From positions 23,711 through 87,710 of IMG/VR virus record IMGVR_UViG_3300025093_000015: DNA of 64,000 nt. One strand, written 5' to 3'. Positions within the stretch are counted from its first letter, which is position 1. Each line of letters begins with the position of its first letter. Both the position numbers and the translations under genes were made by a program. The stretch is from a virus. The notes beneath the pieces are model-generated. The model did not search any database and had not been told where the DNA came from. It was given only the letters and a program-made list of their open reading frames with translations. Shown in pieces: positions 47,101 to 57,900 of the stretch.

Positions 47101-50100
47101 GAATTAATAACTTACAAAGACCAAGTACAGTTGCTGTATCAGCAATAGCTCCAGCCGGTGCTGCAGGATTTGCAACACCATCACAAGCACAAGATGATTC
47201 AAGATTTATTATTGGTACGTTTGGTGGATGGTGGAATCCTTCACAATGGGTAGGTGCTAGTATTGCAGCACACTATACAGCCCTTAAAGTAGCATTTAAA
47301 AATCAATATGGACAGTTAGATCAAATTAAACAAATTCCAATTGGTTGTATACATTACTTTGAACAAGAAAGTGTTCAAAAAGACCCAAATGGTAATTACT
47401 ATGATGATATAAGTAAAGATGGAGTACCTATAGAAGATGCACGTTTTCAAACTAAAATATTATATGGAGGAGACTGTTATATAAATAGATATACAGAAAA
47501 AGTTATTATGCCTTTCTTCTGGGATTTTTTAGATGGACAACCAGATATGTTTCCGTATGACTATAGATTGAGAGCTAATGTACCACGCCCTATATATTGG
47601 ATGACAACAGAAAAATATGATCTTTCTCAATTAGTAAGGTATATTGTAGATTTAACTTGGCTTACAGGTGGTGGTAATAATACTAATATGACTAATATTA
47701 CTCCTAATAATTTACATTTTTTAGATAGACCTAATAATGATTTAGTCAATGATACATTAAGTGGTAATGGTAGTCAAACTAATGCTGGTGGACCTGTAGG
47801 AGTAGCAAATCCTAATCAAGGTGCTGATGGTATAACACAGGATAAAGGAGGTAGGTCTATATTTCATATTAAAAATGGATATATGTATACCCATTGTAAT
47901 GGTGTACAAGATTTCTTTGTTGAGTCTTCACTTAACATGGGTCTAAGAGACTATGAAGATACTGATGATAAAAGACATTATGATTTTGCAGAATATACAG
48001 ATGTAGAAGCAATGTTTCATTCTAAAATTATTAGAAAAGATAATTTCTATAAGTATGATTTCTCATTAAGTAAAACTAGATTTAATACTCAGCTTATATC
48101 TTTTGGACAAATACAAGATAGAGATTATGATCCTATTACTGCAGAGAAGTGTTTTACACATTTCCCTAAGAGATTAATATATTCTCTCCAAGCTCAAAAA
48201 GAAGCTAAGAAAGATTTCTGGAGGGTATTCTTACCAATGAATTACAAAGACTTTAAGGATAAAGTTAATGTAATCAAACCAATGTCAAAAAGTGGTGCAG
48301 TAGTTACATTCCCTAATTTAGCTCCAGCATTATTCCAAGGTGTAGATCAGTTACAAACAGATTTAGGAACTAAACTTACTATTGGTGACGGAGGACTATT
48401 TAGTCAGCCAATGCAAAATATTGTTAATGCTGATGAAGCTCATGAATATGGATCATGTGAAAGTTCTAGAAGTGTCATAAATACACCTAACGGATTATAC
48501 TATATATCACAAGCACAAGGTAAAATATTTAATTATGCAGGTAGAGGTTTAGAGAATATTGCAAATAATGGTATGAAACAATGGTTTAATAAATATTTAC
48601 CATCTGTACTATTATCACAATTTCCTGAACTAGAAGACTGCAGTGGATGGATAGATAACCCAGTGGCAGGTGTAGGATGTCAATCAGTATATGATCCTAA
48701 CTATGATATAGTTTATTTCTGTAAAAAAGATTATCAAGCATTAAATCCAGAATGTATTGACTTTGATCCATGTGAAGGTTTTGTATTTAATCAAACAGCA
48801 TGTGGAACTGCACAACCAGTACCTTGTTGTCCAGATGGATACACATTTGATATATCAAGTAATGAATGTATTAGAACTACAATTATAGAACCTATAGTAG
48901 ATCAAGAATTAGGTAATGTAGATATTGTATTTGCAATTGATTCTTCAAACTCAGTTGATGGTAATAATAATGTTGGTAATATGCAAAACTTCTTAAGAGG
49001 TTTTATTGATGGTATGTCACCAGAATTAAGTAGTGGTCAAGCAAGAATAGGTTTATGTCATTTTGGAGCTGGTAGAAATACAAGAGATCCATTATATAAT
49101 GGTCAGCAAAATTTATGTAATAATCCAAATACAGCAGATGAAATGTTTGAAGGAGCTAATCAAGTAACTTTAACAGATAATCAAGCTGTATTAGAAAATT
49201 GGATTGGATCACCATCAGGAGCTACTGCACCATTTACACCAGATTTCACTTCTGTATATGGTGCTTCATCTAGAAATATTGTAGGTATAGGAAGAGATTT
49301 CCCATATGGAACTGATATTGCTGCTGGTGTTTGGTGTGGTCAAAATTTATTATATATGGATGGATTTAGCAGAAATGTTAAAAAAATCTTAATTACAATA
49401 TTTGATGGACCACAAGCTACTGACTTACAAACAAATGGGCAACCTGCTATGTGTAGTCCAGGATTTTATACATCTGCAATATATACTTCAGGTGCTGTTA
49501 CTGGAACAGATGTTTATCAAAATAATACTGTTACACCAATAACTCCTGATATTACTTTTGGTAGAGAACCTTTAAATACTTTTTCTGCAGCAGGAGATTT
49601 AGCAACTACATGGTTCCAAAATAATATAGTATCAAATCCACAATATACTGCAGCACCATTCAATCAAGATTTTTATGCTGTTGTATTACCTCCTGGTGCA
49701 GCAGGTGATTTTGTTTCATATTCACAATTATGGTCTTCAGCACCAGGTTTTGCATATCAAGGTGATTTTGCAGTACAACAAGATATTATAGATATTGTAG
49801 ATGCAATTACAGCAGCAATAACACCTGATCCAGTATTTTCTTGCCCTCCTGGTTGTACTTTATTTACAGATTCTAATGGAGATCCAATGTGTTCTTGTGT
49901 TGAAACAACACCAGTAACATATAATGATGTAACAACTCCTATTGATTTACATGATGAAACATATTTTAAAGATGTATCATGGACAGTAAGTTATGATCCA
50001 AAAGCTAAAGCTTGGATTTCATTCCATGATTGGCATCCTGATTTAACAATACCTAGTTTAAATCATTTCTTTACAACTAAGAATTTTGTAGATACAACTA

Positions 50101-51971
50101 TTCCAGAATGTCCTCCAGGATTTACATGGGATCCAGTACAACAAATATGTTGTCAACAATATCCAGGAGAATTCCCATCAGAAATTATTGTTGATGAGGT
50201 ACCAGTAATAACTAACTTAGAAACTGTTGGTTGTAAATTAGATATTGTTATTGGTGTAGATAATAGTGGTTCTATGAATACAAATGGTCTTTGGAATCCT
50301 GCAATGATTTTTATAGATACTTTTGTAGGTGAGTTTGCACAATCTATGGCGGATGGTGATGTTCAAATTGGAATAGTTGGTTGGGGAAATCAAATGCTAA
50401 ATGTTACACCAAACATGAGTGGTAATTTATCAACAAATAATTTAGTTGGTACACAATGTAATTTAAATGCTGGAAATAGTAGCCCATCTATGTCTAATTA
50501 TACAGGTAGTACAAATTGGGGAACTATGTTAAGTAATAATCTTTTAGGAAATAGTATTTCACCTAATGGAGGAGGAACATTTTTACAAACAGCATTTAAT
50601 ACAGTACAAGCTCAATTATCAAATGTAAGACAATCAACACTTGGTGATAGAACAGATGAACAATCATATAAAAGAATTTCAATTATAATTACAGATGGTG
50701 CTCCATCTGCAGGACAAGCTCCTACTAATAATCAAGGAGGTCCTTTTGCACCAAATATGAATTCTAATTATCCAAGTTTAAACTATGGTTATGCTCCTAA
50801 TGCTGCAGAAAGTAGTGGTCAATTAACTGTAGCTTCTGAAACTTATTGTATTTATACAGCAAATACTGCACCTACTGGACAAGCATTAGCAAACATAACT
50901 GGAGTATTTAATGATTTAACTAGTGCACCATTTCAAGAAATACCATTATTACCTGCTGATAATAGAGATTTTGCAGAAGATCTTGCAAATAATATATGCT
51001 CTATTACTGTATGTAGTTGTCCACCTGACTATCAAAGAATTACAACTGAGTTTTCATCTCCAGCTTCACCACCATATGCACTATTAGATAATGATGCAGA
51101 TTGTTCAGCAGGTGGTGGACTTAAGAATGGAGTATGTAGAAAAATAGAATGTACTTGTCCTACAGACCGTCTACCTAGTACATATGTACCAAATACTTTA
51201 ACTCAAACTGGTCAATGTCCAGATGATATTATGCCAAACGGTATTGCTTTATATTATAATCCTGATACTGGAGTAGGTGATCCAACATGGCTAAATGTAA
51301 ATCCTCCTATTTGTAGATTTGAGTTTTTATGTTGCTTAGAACCTAATTTTGAAAAAGGTGGTGTATGGAAACATAATGATAGATGTGATTTATATACTAA
51401 TTACTATGAGAAAGATTATGGATGGGAAGTTGAACTTATTGAATCTGTTGGACAAACTGTAAATACTGTAAGAAGTATTGAGTATCAACTAGAGTCTTAT
51501 ATTTATAGAGGTAATTTAGAAGGTGATTGTGGTGATAGATTCCATGATCTTGATTATAATTTTGATCATGCTATACTTCACAATACAGAACAAGTTTCAG
51601 GATTATTAACATTTAATTTAAGTCCTAAAAATAATGCGCCATTAATTACACAGTTCCCACAGATTACTGCAAATGATATTCAAATACTATACAGTAAAGA
51701 AGAACAAAAGTATAGGTTTAATCAGTTCTGGGATGTTACTGCTGACAGAGGAGAATTTAATCCTAATGTAAGTGAACCAATATTTATTACTCAATTAAAT
51801 GGTTATATTAGAGATTTAAATCAAAATAATATTAATTTAGCAAAACCATCTTTCCAACGTAAGAAGTTTAGACATTATTGGAATGCTGTAGTTCTAAGAA
51901 AGAATGAATCAGGTAATAGAAAAATGTTATTGAAATTAAAGAATAGTAAAATTAATGTATCATTTAGATAA
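44139..51971 (+). CDS. tail stabilisation/muzzle protein (2610 aa) with two vWA insertions
   Basis: KGMTKD..W.HARN..G.LGNE start; FMRDEVYSF, IRHHKFP, GGDCYI, W.SFHDW.P and KFRHYW motifs of crAss-like muzzle proteins; DSSNS and DNSGS MIDAS motifs. Confidence 0.75.
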   Translation: MAKQQSPKLQNTSSTDTKIPIKGMTKDLNTSLVGKENWTHARNAINNSKDGDVGTLGNEPGNKVCSSAPYTIIGAIHLYGDKWVLYSTNNEQSEIGKWDDSECKYEPIVNDYTCFQCQNDDGLDSTSFTPCLNFDTQHLITGAAKENFDCTWQVYWDDGKNPSRTLNIDKVPYIQNVISEIGAECTVYEDTACLDCEALRLAPLVDIPCIKLSKSDDGGQLRNGTYQAFIAYTINDQVVGDYYGMSNLQPLYDHEDLLSGLEIEISNLDKGFEYFKLVILSHNQGEIQAKEIGIYSTEQSTISIDYINQALKAVPINTLPLTTPAFEKSDKMYVVNDYLIRQGPTERYDFNYQPIANRIHTHWTVTQFDSDYYKKGGNKPTFMRDEVYSFFIRFVYNTGEKSRSYHIPGRPLSWNGWQAPDGTIISELDQLTGDVNNLSAQASALGLCDTNDSDYAFEIYNTAQNQTDQFWQNPNNLTEGPITDDCGTVIAEGHMAYWQSTERYPNDPVRYNSDIGDDRYDLCGKPIRHHKFPDETFSGSGPGGFLDRSSNNGQSINVLGVKFDGIRMPRYSESFGQICSPDNGTPTGPPIPGIIGYEILVGSREGNKSIIAKGLSRNMRQYNLPAGQNAADSTATIGYIPNYPFNSAQADPYLSGDPGFSFGYNNPTNITQYPQANTAANVFTFHSPETSFNKPFLSPFEIKTYGLTTGRSVGRFRPSENHPQHKLLRNLAMWVGIIVGVGYAIGQMRGKRMTKTRRPQGYSMGLQQNARSGGSMTNTINGPNGGGGGAVGTGAWSITTISSNINTDQGGARAGAPAAAGQGLTLMNPDQTINQTEAAQNLPLGPNDLRETTLTTATIIGAPKIAKKIAYDNTMRFQDNLKTNALRRGYIGRMQEESYEGERFTEAPGLAQVLFGIFNFMQLTAEGGQHIIDMIYELVSLQDYAWKYSGHGLYLNTNAPLAGQVSRMLVDKGRYIGPSIQNLTANIRINNLQRPSTVAVSAIAPAGAAGFATPSQAQDDSRFIIGTFGGWWNPSQWVGASIAAHYTALKVAFKNQYGQLDQIKQIPIGCIHYFEQESVQKDPNGNYYDDISKDGVPIEDARFQTKILYGGDCYINRYTEKVIMPFFWDFLDGQPDMFPYDYRLRANVPRPIYWMTTEKYDLSQLVRYIVDLTWLTGGGNNTNMTNITPNNLHFLDRPNNDLVNDTLSGNGSQTNAGGPVGVANPNQGADGITQDKGGRSIFHIKNGYMYTHCNGVQDFFVESSLNMGLRDYEDTDDKRHYDFAEYTDVEAMFHSKIIRKDNFYKYDFSLSKTRFNTQLISFGQIQDRDYDPITAEKCFTHFPKRLIYSLQAQKEAKKDFWRVFLPMNYKDFKDKVNVIKPMSKSGAVVTFPNLAPALFQGVDQLQTDLGTKLTIGDGGLFSQPMQNIVNADEAHEYGSCESSRSVINTPNGLYYISQAQGKIFNYAGRGLENIANNGMKQWFNKYLPSVLLSQFPELEDCSGWIDNPVAGVGCQSVYDPNYDIVYFCKKDYQALNPECIDFDPCEGFVFNQTACGTAQPVPCCPDGYTFDISSNECIRTTIIEPIVDQELGNVDIVFAIDSSNSVDGNNNVGNMQNFLRGFIDGMSPELSSGQARIGLCHFGAGRNTRDPLYNGQQNLCNNPNTADEMFEGANQVTLTDNQAVLENWIGSPSGATAPFTPDFTSVYGASSRNIVGIGRDFPYGTDIAAGVWCGQNLLYMDGFSRNVKKILITIFDGPQATDLQTNGQPAMCSPGFYTSAIYTSGAVTGTDVYQNNTVTPITPDITFGREPLNTFSAAGDLATTWFQNNIVSNPQYTAAPFNQDFYAVVLPPGAAGDFVSYSQLWSSAPGFAYQGDFAVQQDIIDIVDAITAAITPDPVFSCPPGCTLFTDSNGDPMCSCVETTPVTYNDVTTPIDLHDETYFKDVSWTVSYDPKAKAWISFHDWHPDLTIPSLNHFFTTKNFVDTTIPECPPGFTWDPVQQICCQQYPGEFPSEIIVDEVPVITNLETVGCKLDIVIGVDNSGSMNTNGLWNPAMIFIDTFVGEFAQSMADGDVQIGIVGWGNQMLNVTPNMSGNLSTNNLVGTQCNLNAGNSSPSMSNYTGSTNWGTMLSNNLLGNSISPNGGGTFLQTAFNTVQAQLSNVRQSTLGDRTDEQSYKRISIIITDGAPSAGQAPTNNQGGPFAPNMNSNYPSLNYGYAPNAAESSGQLTVASETYCIYTANTAPTGQALANITGVFNDLTSAPFQEIPLLPADNRDFAEDLANNICSITVCSCPPDYQRITTEFSSPASPPYALLDNDADCSAGGGLKNGVCRKIECTCPTDRLPSTYVPNTLTQTGQCPDDIMPNGIALYYNPDTGVGDPTWLNVNPPICRFEFLCCLEPNFEKGGVWKHNDRCDLYTNYYEKDYGWEVELIESVGQTVNTVRSIEYQLESYIYRGNLEGDCGDRFHDLDYNFDHAILHNTEQVSGLLTFNLSPKNNAPLITQFPQITANDIQILYSKEEQKYRFNQFWDVTADRGEFNPNVSEPIFITQLNGYIRDLNQNNINLAKPSFQRKKFRHYWNAVVLRKNESGNRKMLLKLKNSKINVSFR

Positions 51972-54900
51972 TGAAATTTAGTAAAGACGGATATAAAAGA
52001 AATAGTAAGGATAGAAACAATCCTTATAATATAATACCATCAGGTAATATAACCATGAAGGATGTGGACTTTCCTGTATTTGGTATAGATAACCTAGGTA
52101 ATATTGAAATTATGATGCCAGGTGGTGAATATAAATTTCCTGGCAGTTCTGTTTTTGAAATTCCATTAGCACAAATTGGCAAAGAATTATCTGAATTAGA
52201 AAAAAAGATTAATGTTTATTTAAATAATCCAGGTGAAAGAGCAAAAGCTTTTTCTGAAAGTGAAGAAGAATTAGCAAACATTGATAATCTAAGACATGCA
52301 ATGGCAGGTAGATATACTGCTGAAGAACTTCAAAATAAAGTAAAAGGAATTCCTTATATAGGTAGTATTTTAGATGCTACAGGTGTTGATAAATTAGTTG
52401 GATTTTTAGGATCTAACGCACTTGGTATAGGTCATGAAGTTTCTACATTAGTTGAAGATGAAAGACCTTTTTTTGCAGCTCTTCAAGAAACTGGAGAAGA
52501 TGTGTTTAACAATTTTGTTGGATCAATAGTTGGTTCAACAGATGCAAGCTCTGAAAGAAAAGATAATATGTTACAGTTCCTTTCATATAATAATCTTTTA
52601 CCTGATGGATATGTACAAACTGATCCAAATTTTTCAGAGAATGTTTATTTTAAAAATCCAGACACTACTATAAAGAAACCTAACTTTGATAGCTATCAAG
52701 GTGGAGGAGAAGGAAAATATCAAGTAGAGGTAATTAAATATCCTCTTGGTTATCCAGGTATGCCTCCAGGTCATATTGAATCAAGAATATTAAATACAGA
52801 AGATCTACCAGAAAAATATAAAAAATTAGATGAAGATGGTAGACTAATTTATAAACCATATTTAAATGCTTGGCCAAACAGAAATAGAGAAGTAGATTAT
52901 GATCCAAAATATGATTATGAACCTGGTGTACAAACACTTATTCTAAATTTAAATGAATCAGATTTAGAAAAATATATGAATGCATCTCAATTAAGTAGAG
53001 CAGGTGGGATGGAAATTCCGTTAGTTAATTATGAATTAAATACAATGTTTGGTTTTGGAAATAAAGGTCAATATGATTTTTTTACTGATAATTGTGCAGA
53101 TCAAACATGTAGAGCGTTAGGATTATCTGATGCTAATAGTTCAATGCTAGGAGTAACAACACCACAACAAGTATATGATGCATTAATGAGTGATCCAAGA
53201 TTATTAGCAGGATCAGTAAAAGGAGATCCAACAGTTTTAGAAACTGCTGGAAAATCTATATATAATACTTATAGAACTACACCATGGTCTCTTTCACGAC
53301 CTTTAAGAGAAAAAGCAGTAAACTATATAGAAGATAATACAGATCTTCAATTTGACTGGGAAGGTGTTAAGAATATTCCTGGTTATCATTACCGTAATTG
53401 GATTAGACCAACTGGCCGTACAATTGAAAAAGGTGCTAAAGCTGTAAAAGAAACATATGAGGATTTATCACAATCATTTATAGATGGAATTAATAAGATT
53501 AATCCTATGAATTGGAAAAATGGAGGTTCATTACCAAAAGCACAAAATGGATTAAATATGCTAAATATAATAAATCCTTCAATGTTCACTACTAGTTATC
53601 TAGTTAATAAAGGTATGGATTTAGTAAAAAATAAAATAGCAGATAATGTAAGCCCATATGGATATCATGATGCATATAATAGACTTTATGATGCTATTTT
53701 TACTACAGAAAATCATGAAGGTTTTTCTTCTGAAGCAGGTGATGAAAGAAGAGATTTATTACATATGTTAATGGGTCTTCCTCAAGAGAATAATACAATA
53801 CTAGAACAAACTACATATGTTCCTACTAAAGGTCATAATGAAGGAGATATATATTATTCTTCACCATTCACTGAACAGGAAATTCAAAAAAATATTAACA
53901 ATATAGGAAAAAGTGAAAAAGACATTTGGTATGAGGATTATTTGTTAAATGAGAAAGGTGATCCAAAAGATTGGGAACTATATTGGAATGAAATATTGGA
54001 AGACGGCTTAGATTATAAGCTTTTTAATAGGCTACTTGATAGTAACGAAGCTGATGATCCTTTTATGTGGAATGGTAAAGAAGCAACTGATGATAAATTT
54101 CAAGCAGAAGAAGAGCCAGAGAAGTATATATACTATAAAGATATACAAGAACACAAAGATTTTGTAAATAGCAGTGATTATAAAAAATGGGAAAAGGAAG
54201 CAAAAGAACAAATAGAGGATAGATATAACCGGGTTCAGTTTCCTGATTTAGAAACTCTTTTAACAACACCTGGGAATAAAGAAGAGGGAACTGATCAGTC
54301 TGGTGGATTTTATGGTTCCGTTTTAGGTAACTTTACTTTAGGTCAAGGAGAAGATGAAAAAGGTAAATACATTAGTTACTATGATAAATGGGATTTATCT
54401 CCATATCAATATGATGGAGGTTGGAAGGAAACACTTTCTAATTTAGCACAAGAATATATATTAGGAGTAACGCCAGCATCAATATATAATAGAATGTATT
54501 ATACAATAGATGATGAAGGAAACTATGTATTTGAAAAGAAAAATGGAGGCTCACTACCACAAGCTCAATATGGGGTAGAACCTTATACAGCAGTTCAAGA
54601 TAACACATATGTTCATATACCACCACCTCCTCCAGCACCAACAAAAGTTATAGATCAATTTCCTCATGGTACAATTAGTCCAGCTGGTCCAGAACCTGCG
54701 TGGTATGAAAAATTACTTAATGTTGTAGCTCACCCAATGGAAGCTTTTGGTAGAAGTATTCATAATCAAGATTGGTGGACAGGTGACTTAGGAGAAGGAC
54801 TACCAATGAGTCCACAACATAGTACAAATATTGGGGGTGGTTTTGATATGCTTAATACATTTGTTAATCCTGCTAGTTGGGTGGAAGATATATCTGATTC

Positions 54901-57900
54901 TGAATCTATAACTGAAGGTGTTGTTAATACGGCAATGTTATTTCCTATATTTAGAGGTGGTAAATTAGTTAAACATGCAGATGAAGTTGTTGATGCTTCA
55001 AAACAAATAACTAAAGGTTCAGGTAAAGTAAAAATAGAAGATCCAAATACATTATACAGAGTAGTAGATGTTCCTGTGGGAACAAGTGCAGATGAAATAG
55101 CTAAAGCTGCAGAGTATGGTACAACAATACCAAACGTAGCAACTACAGGAAGACGTACAGGATATTCACAATTACAAAGAGAAACTCCTTTTGATGTATT
55201 AAATACTACTAGTAATCAAGGATGGATTTTAGGTAGAGGGCCAAATGATCCAGGTAATCTAATGAATTTATATGGAGGAAAAAATCCTTATGTAATAAAA
55301 ATGAGTAGAGGAAACCCTCTTGTAGGACCAGAAACTCTTAAAACCATTAATCAAAGAACAGATATTTTAAGAGACTTTAGTTTTCCATATACTCAAAATG
55401 TAGGAAAATGGAATCCAGCTACAGGTCAATTTGATTTACCTCTAGAACTGGGTGCAGGTGTATTTACAACAGTTGGAAAAAGTGCAGATGATCTTGCTAA
55501 GATAATGCCAGGATCTATTGTTAATCCTAATATGGTAAGTAGAGGCAATAATAATATCACTACAATATTTGGTCCAAAAGGTTTTCAAGTTAGACAACCA
55601 CAAGAAGTTTTACCAATAAGTGAATATATAAAACGTATAGGAAATAATCCTAATTTTAAATTTAATCTAGGAGGTTCATTACCAAAAGCACAAGATGGAG
55701 ATGGATATATAGAACAATATACAACAATGAATCAGGATGGTGTTTATAATCCATATACACTTACTGATGAAGAAATGGCAGTAGCAAATAAATATCAACC
55801 TGTAGTAGATTGGTATGATTCATATCTACAAGGTGATACGTTTAATCATCTATACAATAAAATACTTGATAATACTTCAGATCCGTGGGTTCCCCGTTTT
55901 ATGAAAACAGGTTTAAAACAAACTCAACAATATGTACAAGATTATCCATATGTAAAACAACATAATGATATTTGGAATTGGGATCCATTAAATGATCCAG
56001 TTAACGTAGCTCCTTCTATAATAGAGAAAAGAACTAATACTGGTGGACTACATAGAAGTAAGGCATCAAATCAAACAACAACTAAAAGTAGGATTAGTAT
56101 AGATCCTCAAAATGAATACTTTGGTCCTTACAGCACTGAGCAACAAGAAGGTATTATGGCTCATGAATTAGGACATACTGAAGGTAGATTTTTTACAGGA
56201 TCTCCTGAATTAGATGCAGAGATAAATAAAAGAAATAAAGCATACCAAAGAGTATGGAATAATTTACCAGAAGAAGATAAGAAACGTATGACAGAAAATC
56301 CTGTTGAAATAGGTTATTGGTTATCAGATAACTATAATAGTTCAAGTGATTTTCATGATGCAGCTTCACACGAAGTTAGGTCTGATGTGATAAGATTTAG
56401 ATATTTAGCAGATAAAGCTGGTATATATAATAGTTCAGGAGATTATAAAAAATTTAATGAAAGTGACTTAAAGAAAATGAAAGATCAATTTGGTAATAAC
56501 AGATTGTTTAGACACTTTGAAGATAAAGACATTATATGGCTTATGGATAATGTTGCACAACAAACTCCTGAAGGAACGGATAATCCTTATGAAATAGTAG
56601 ATGATTTTGGACAATCTAGTTTTATGTCTAGATACGGTGGTCAGTTACCAAAAGCTCAAGAAGGAAAAGAAACAATTAGTTTTGATGATCTTGAAAAGGG
56701 TATAAGATATGTTGAAAGTTTAAATGGAGAGTTAATGCTAAATCCTGAATCTTCAGCTACAGGATTATATGGTCAATTATGGAATGAAATTAAAGATAAA
56801 TATGATGGTACTAGAGAGGAGTTTGCTAAAGATTTAGATTATCAAAAACAGTTATTTAAAGATAGAGCAAATGGATTAATAGAAGGTGTTCCTGGTTTAA
56901 TTAGTAATGGAATTGATTTATATAATGAATACAGTGAGGTAGAGCATGGTATGTCTATGTTAGAAATTGCTGCTTTATCAAACATGTTAGGAAGACAAGG
57001 AACTAGAAAATATATTGGTAATCATATAAGAGATGGTAGATCTTTAGAAAGTGTATTTCCTAATCTATATGGTGAAGATGCAAAATATACAAATAAAACT
57101 CCTGGAGAGTATATTGAAAAGTTTAAAAAAGGACTACTAGAAGAATTAAAATCAGGTGGTGAGTTTATGAAAAAAATGAATAGACTTAAACAACAACTTG
57201 AATTATATAATAGTGGAAAAGAAATATCTGGAATTGCTAAAAAAGAATTAGAACTGAGAGGTTTAATAAAGCAACCTGTGATGCGTACAGGTGGATCTGT
57301 CCCAGTAAAAGAAGGTGATTATTTAGGAAAAATTGCAAGAGATGCTGGTTACACATTAGATGAAGTTATGCAATTTAATCCACAACTTAAAGACAGAAAA
57401 GACTACGTTATTTATCCAGGTGAAAAAATTTATTTTGATAATGAAACTAGAGAATATGATCTTAGTGGTAAACCTAAATTATTTCATACAGTGCAAAGAG
57501 GTGATACACTAGGAGAAATTGCTAGTAAGTATGATTTAAATTTAACTGAGGTAGCAAAATTAAATAATATTACAGGTGATGCAATTAATAGAATTTATCC
57601 TGGAGATCAAATACTTTTACCTGAACATGCTAAGTTTGAAAGAAATGATGATATAAAAAAACAAGAAGATATTGCTAAATCACCAGTAACTAATACAGAT
57701 AGTGTAGTTGTAAACACACCTTCTCCTGTAAATGATATTTGGGTAGAAAGAGAATATGATTCTGAAACAGGTAGATATAAAATTATAGGTGGTAAAAAAC
57801 AAAATATTCAAGAAATAAATACTTATAATAATTTACAAACTATAATTAAAGGTAAAAATGATTTTGATAAATCAACAAGTACAAAAAAAATATACACAGT

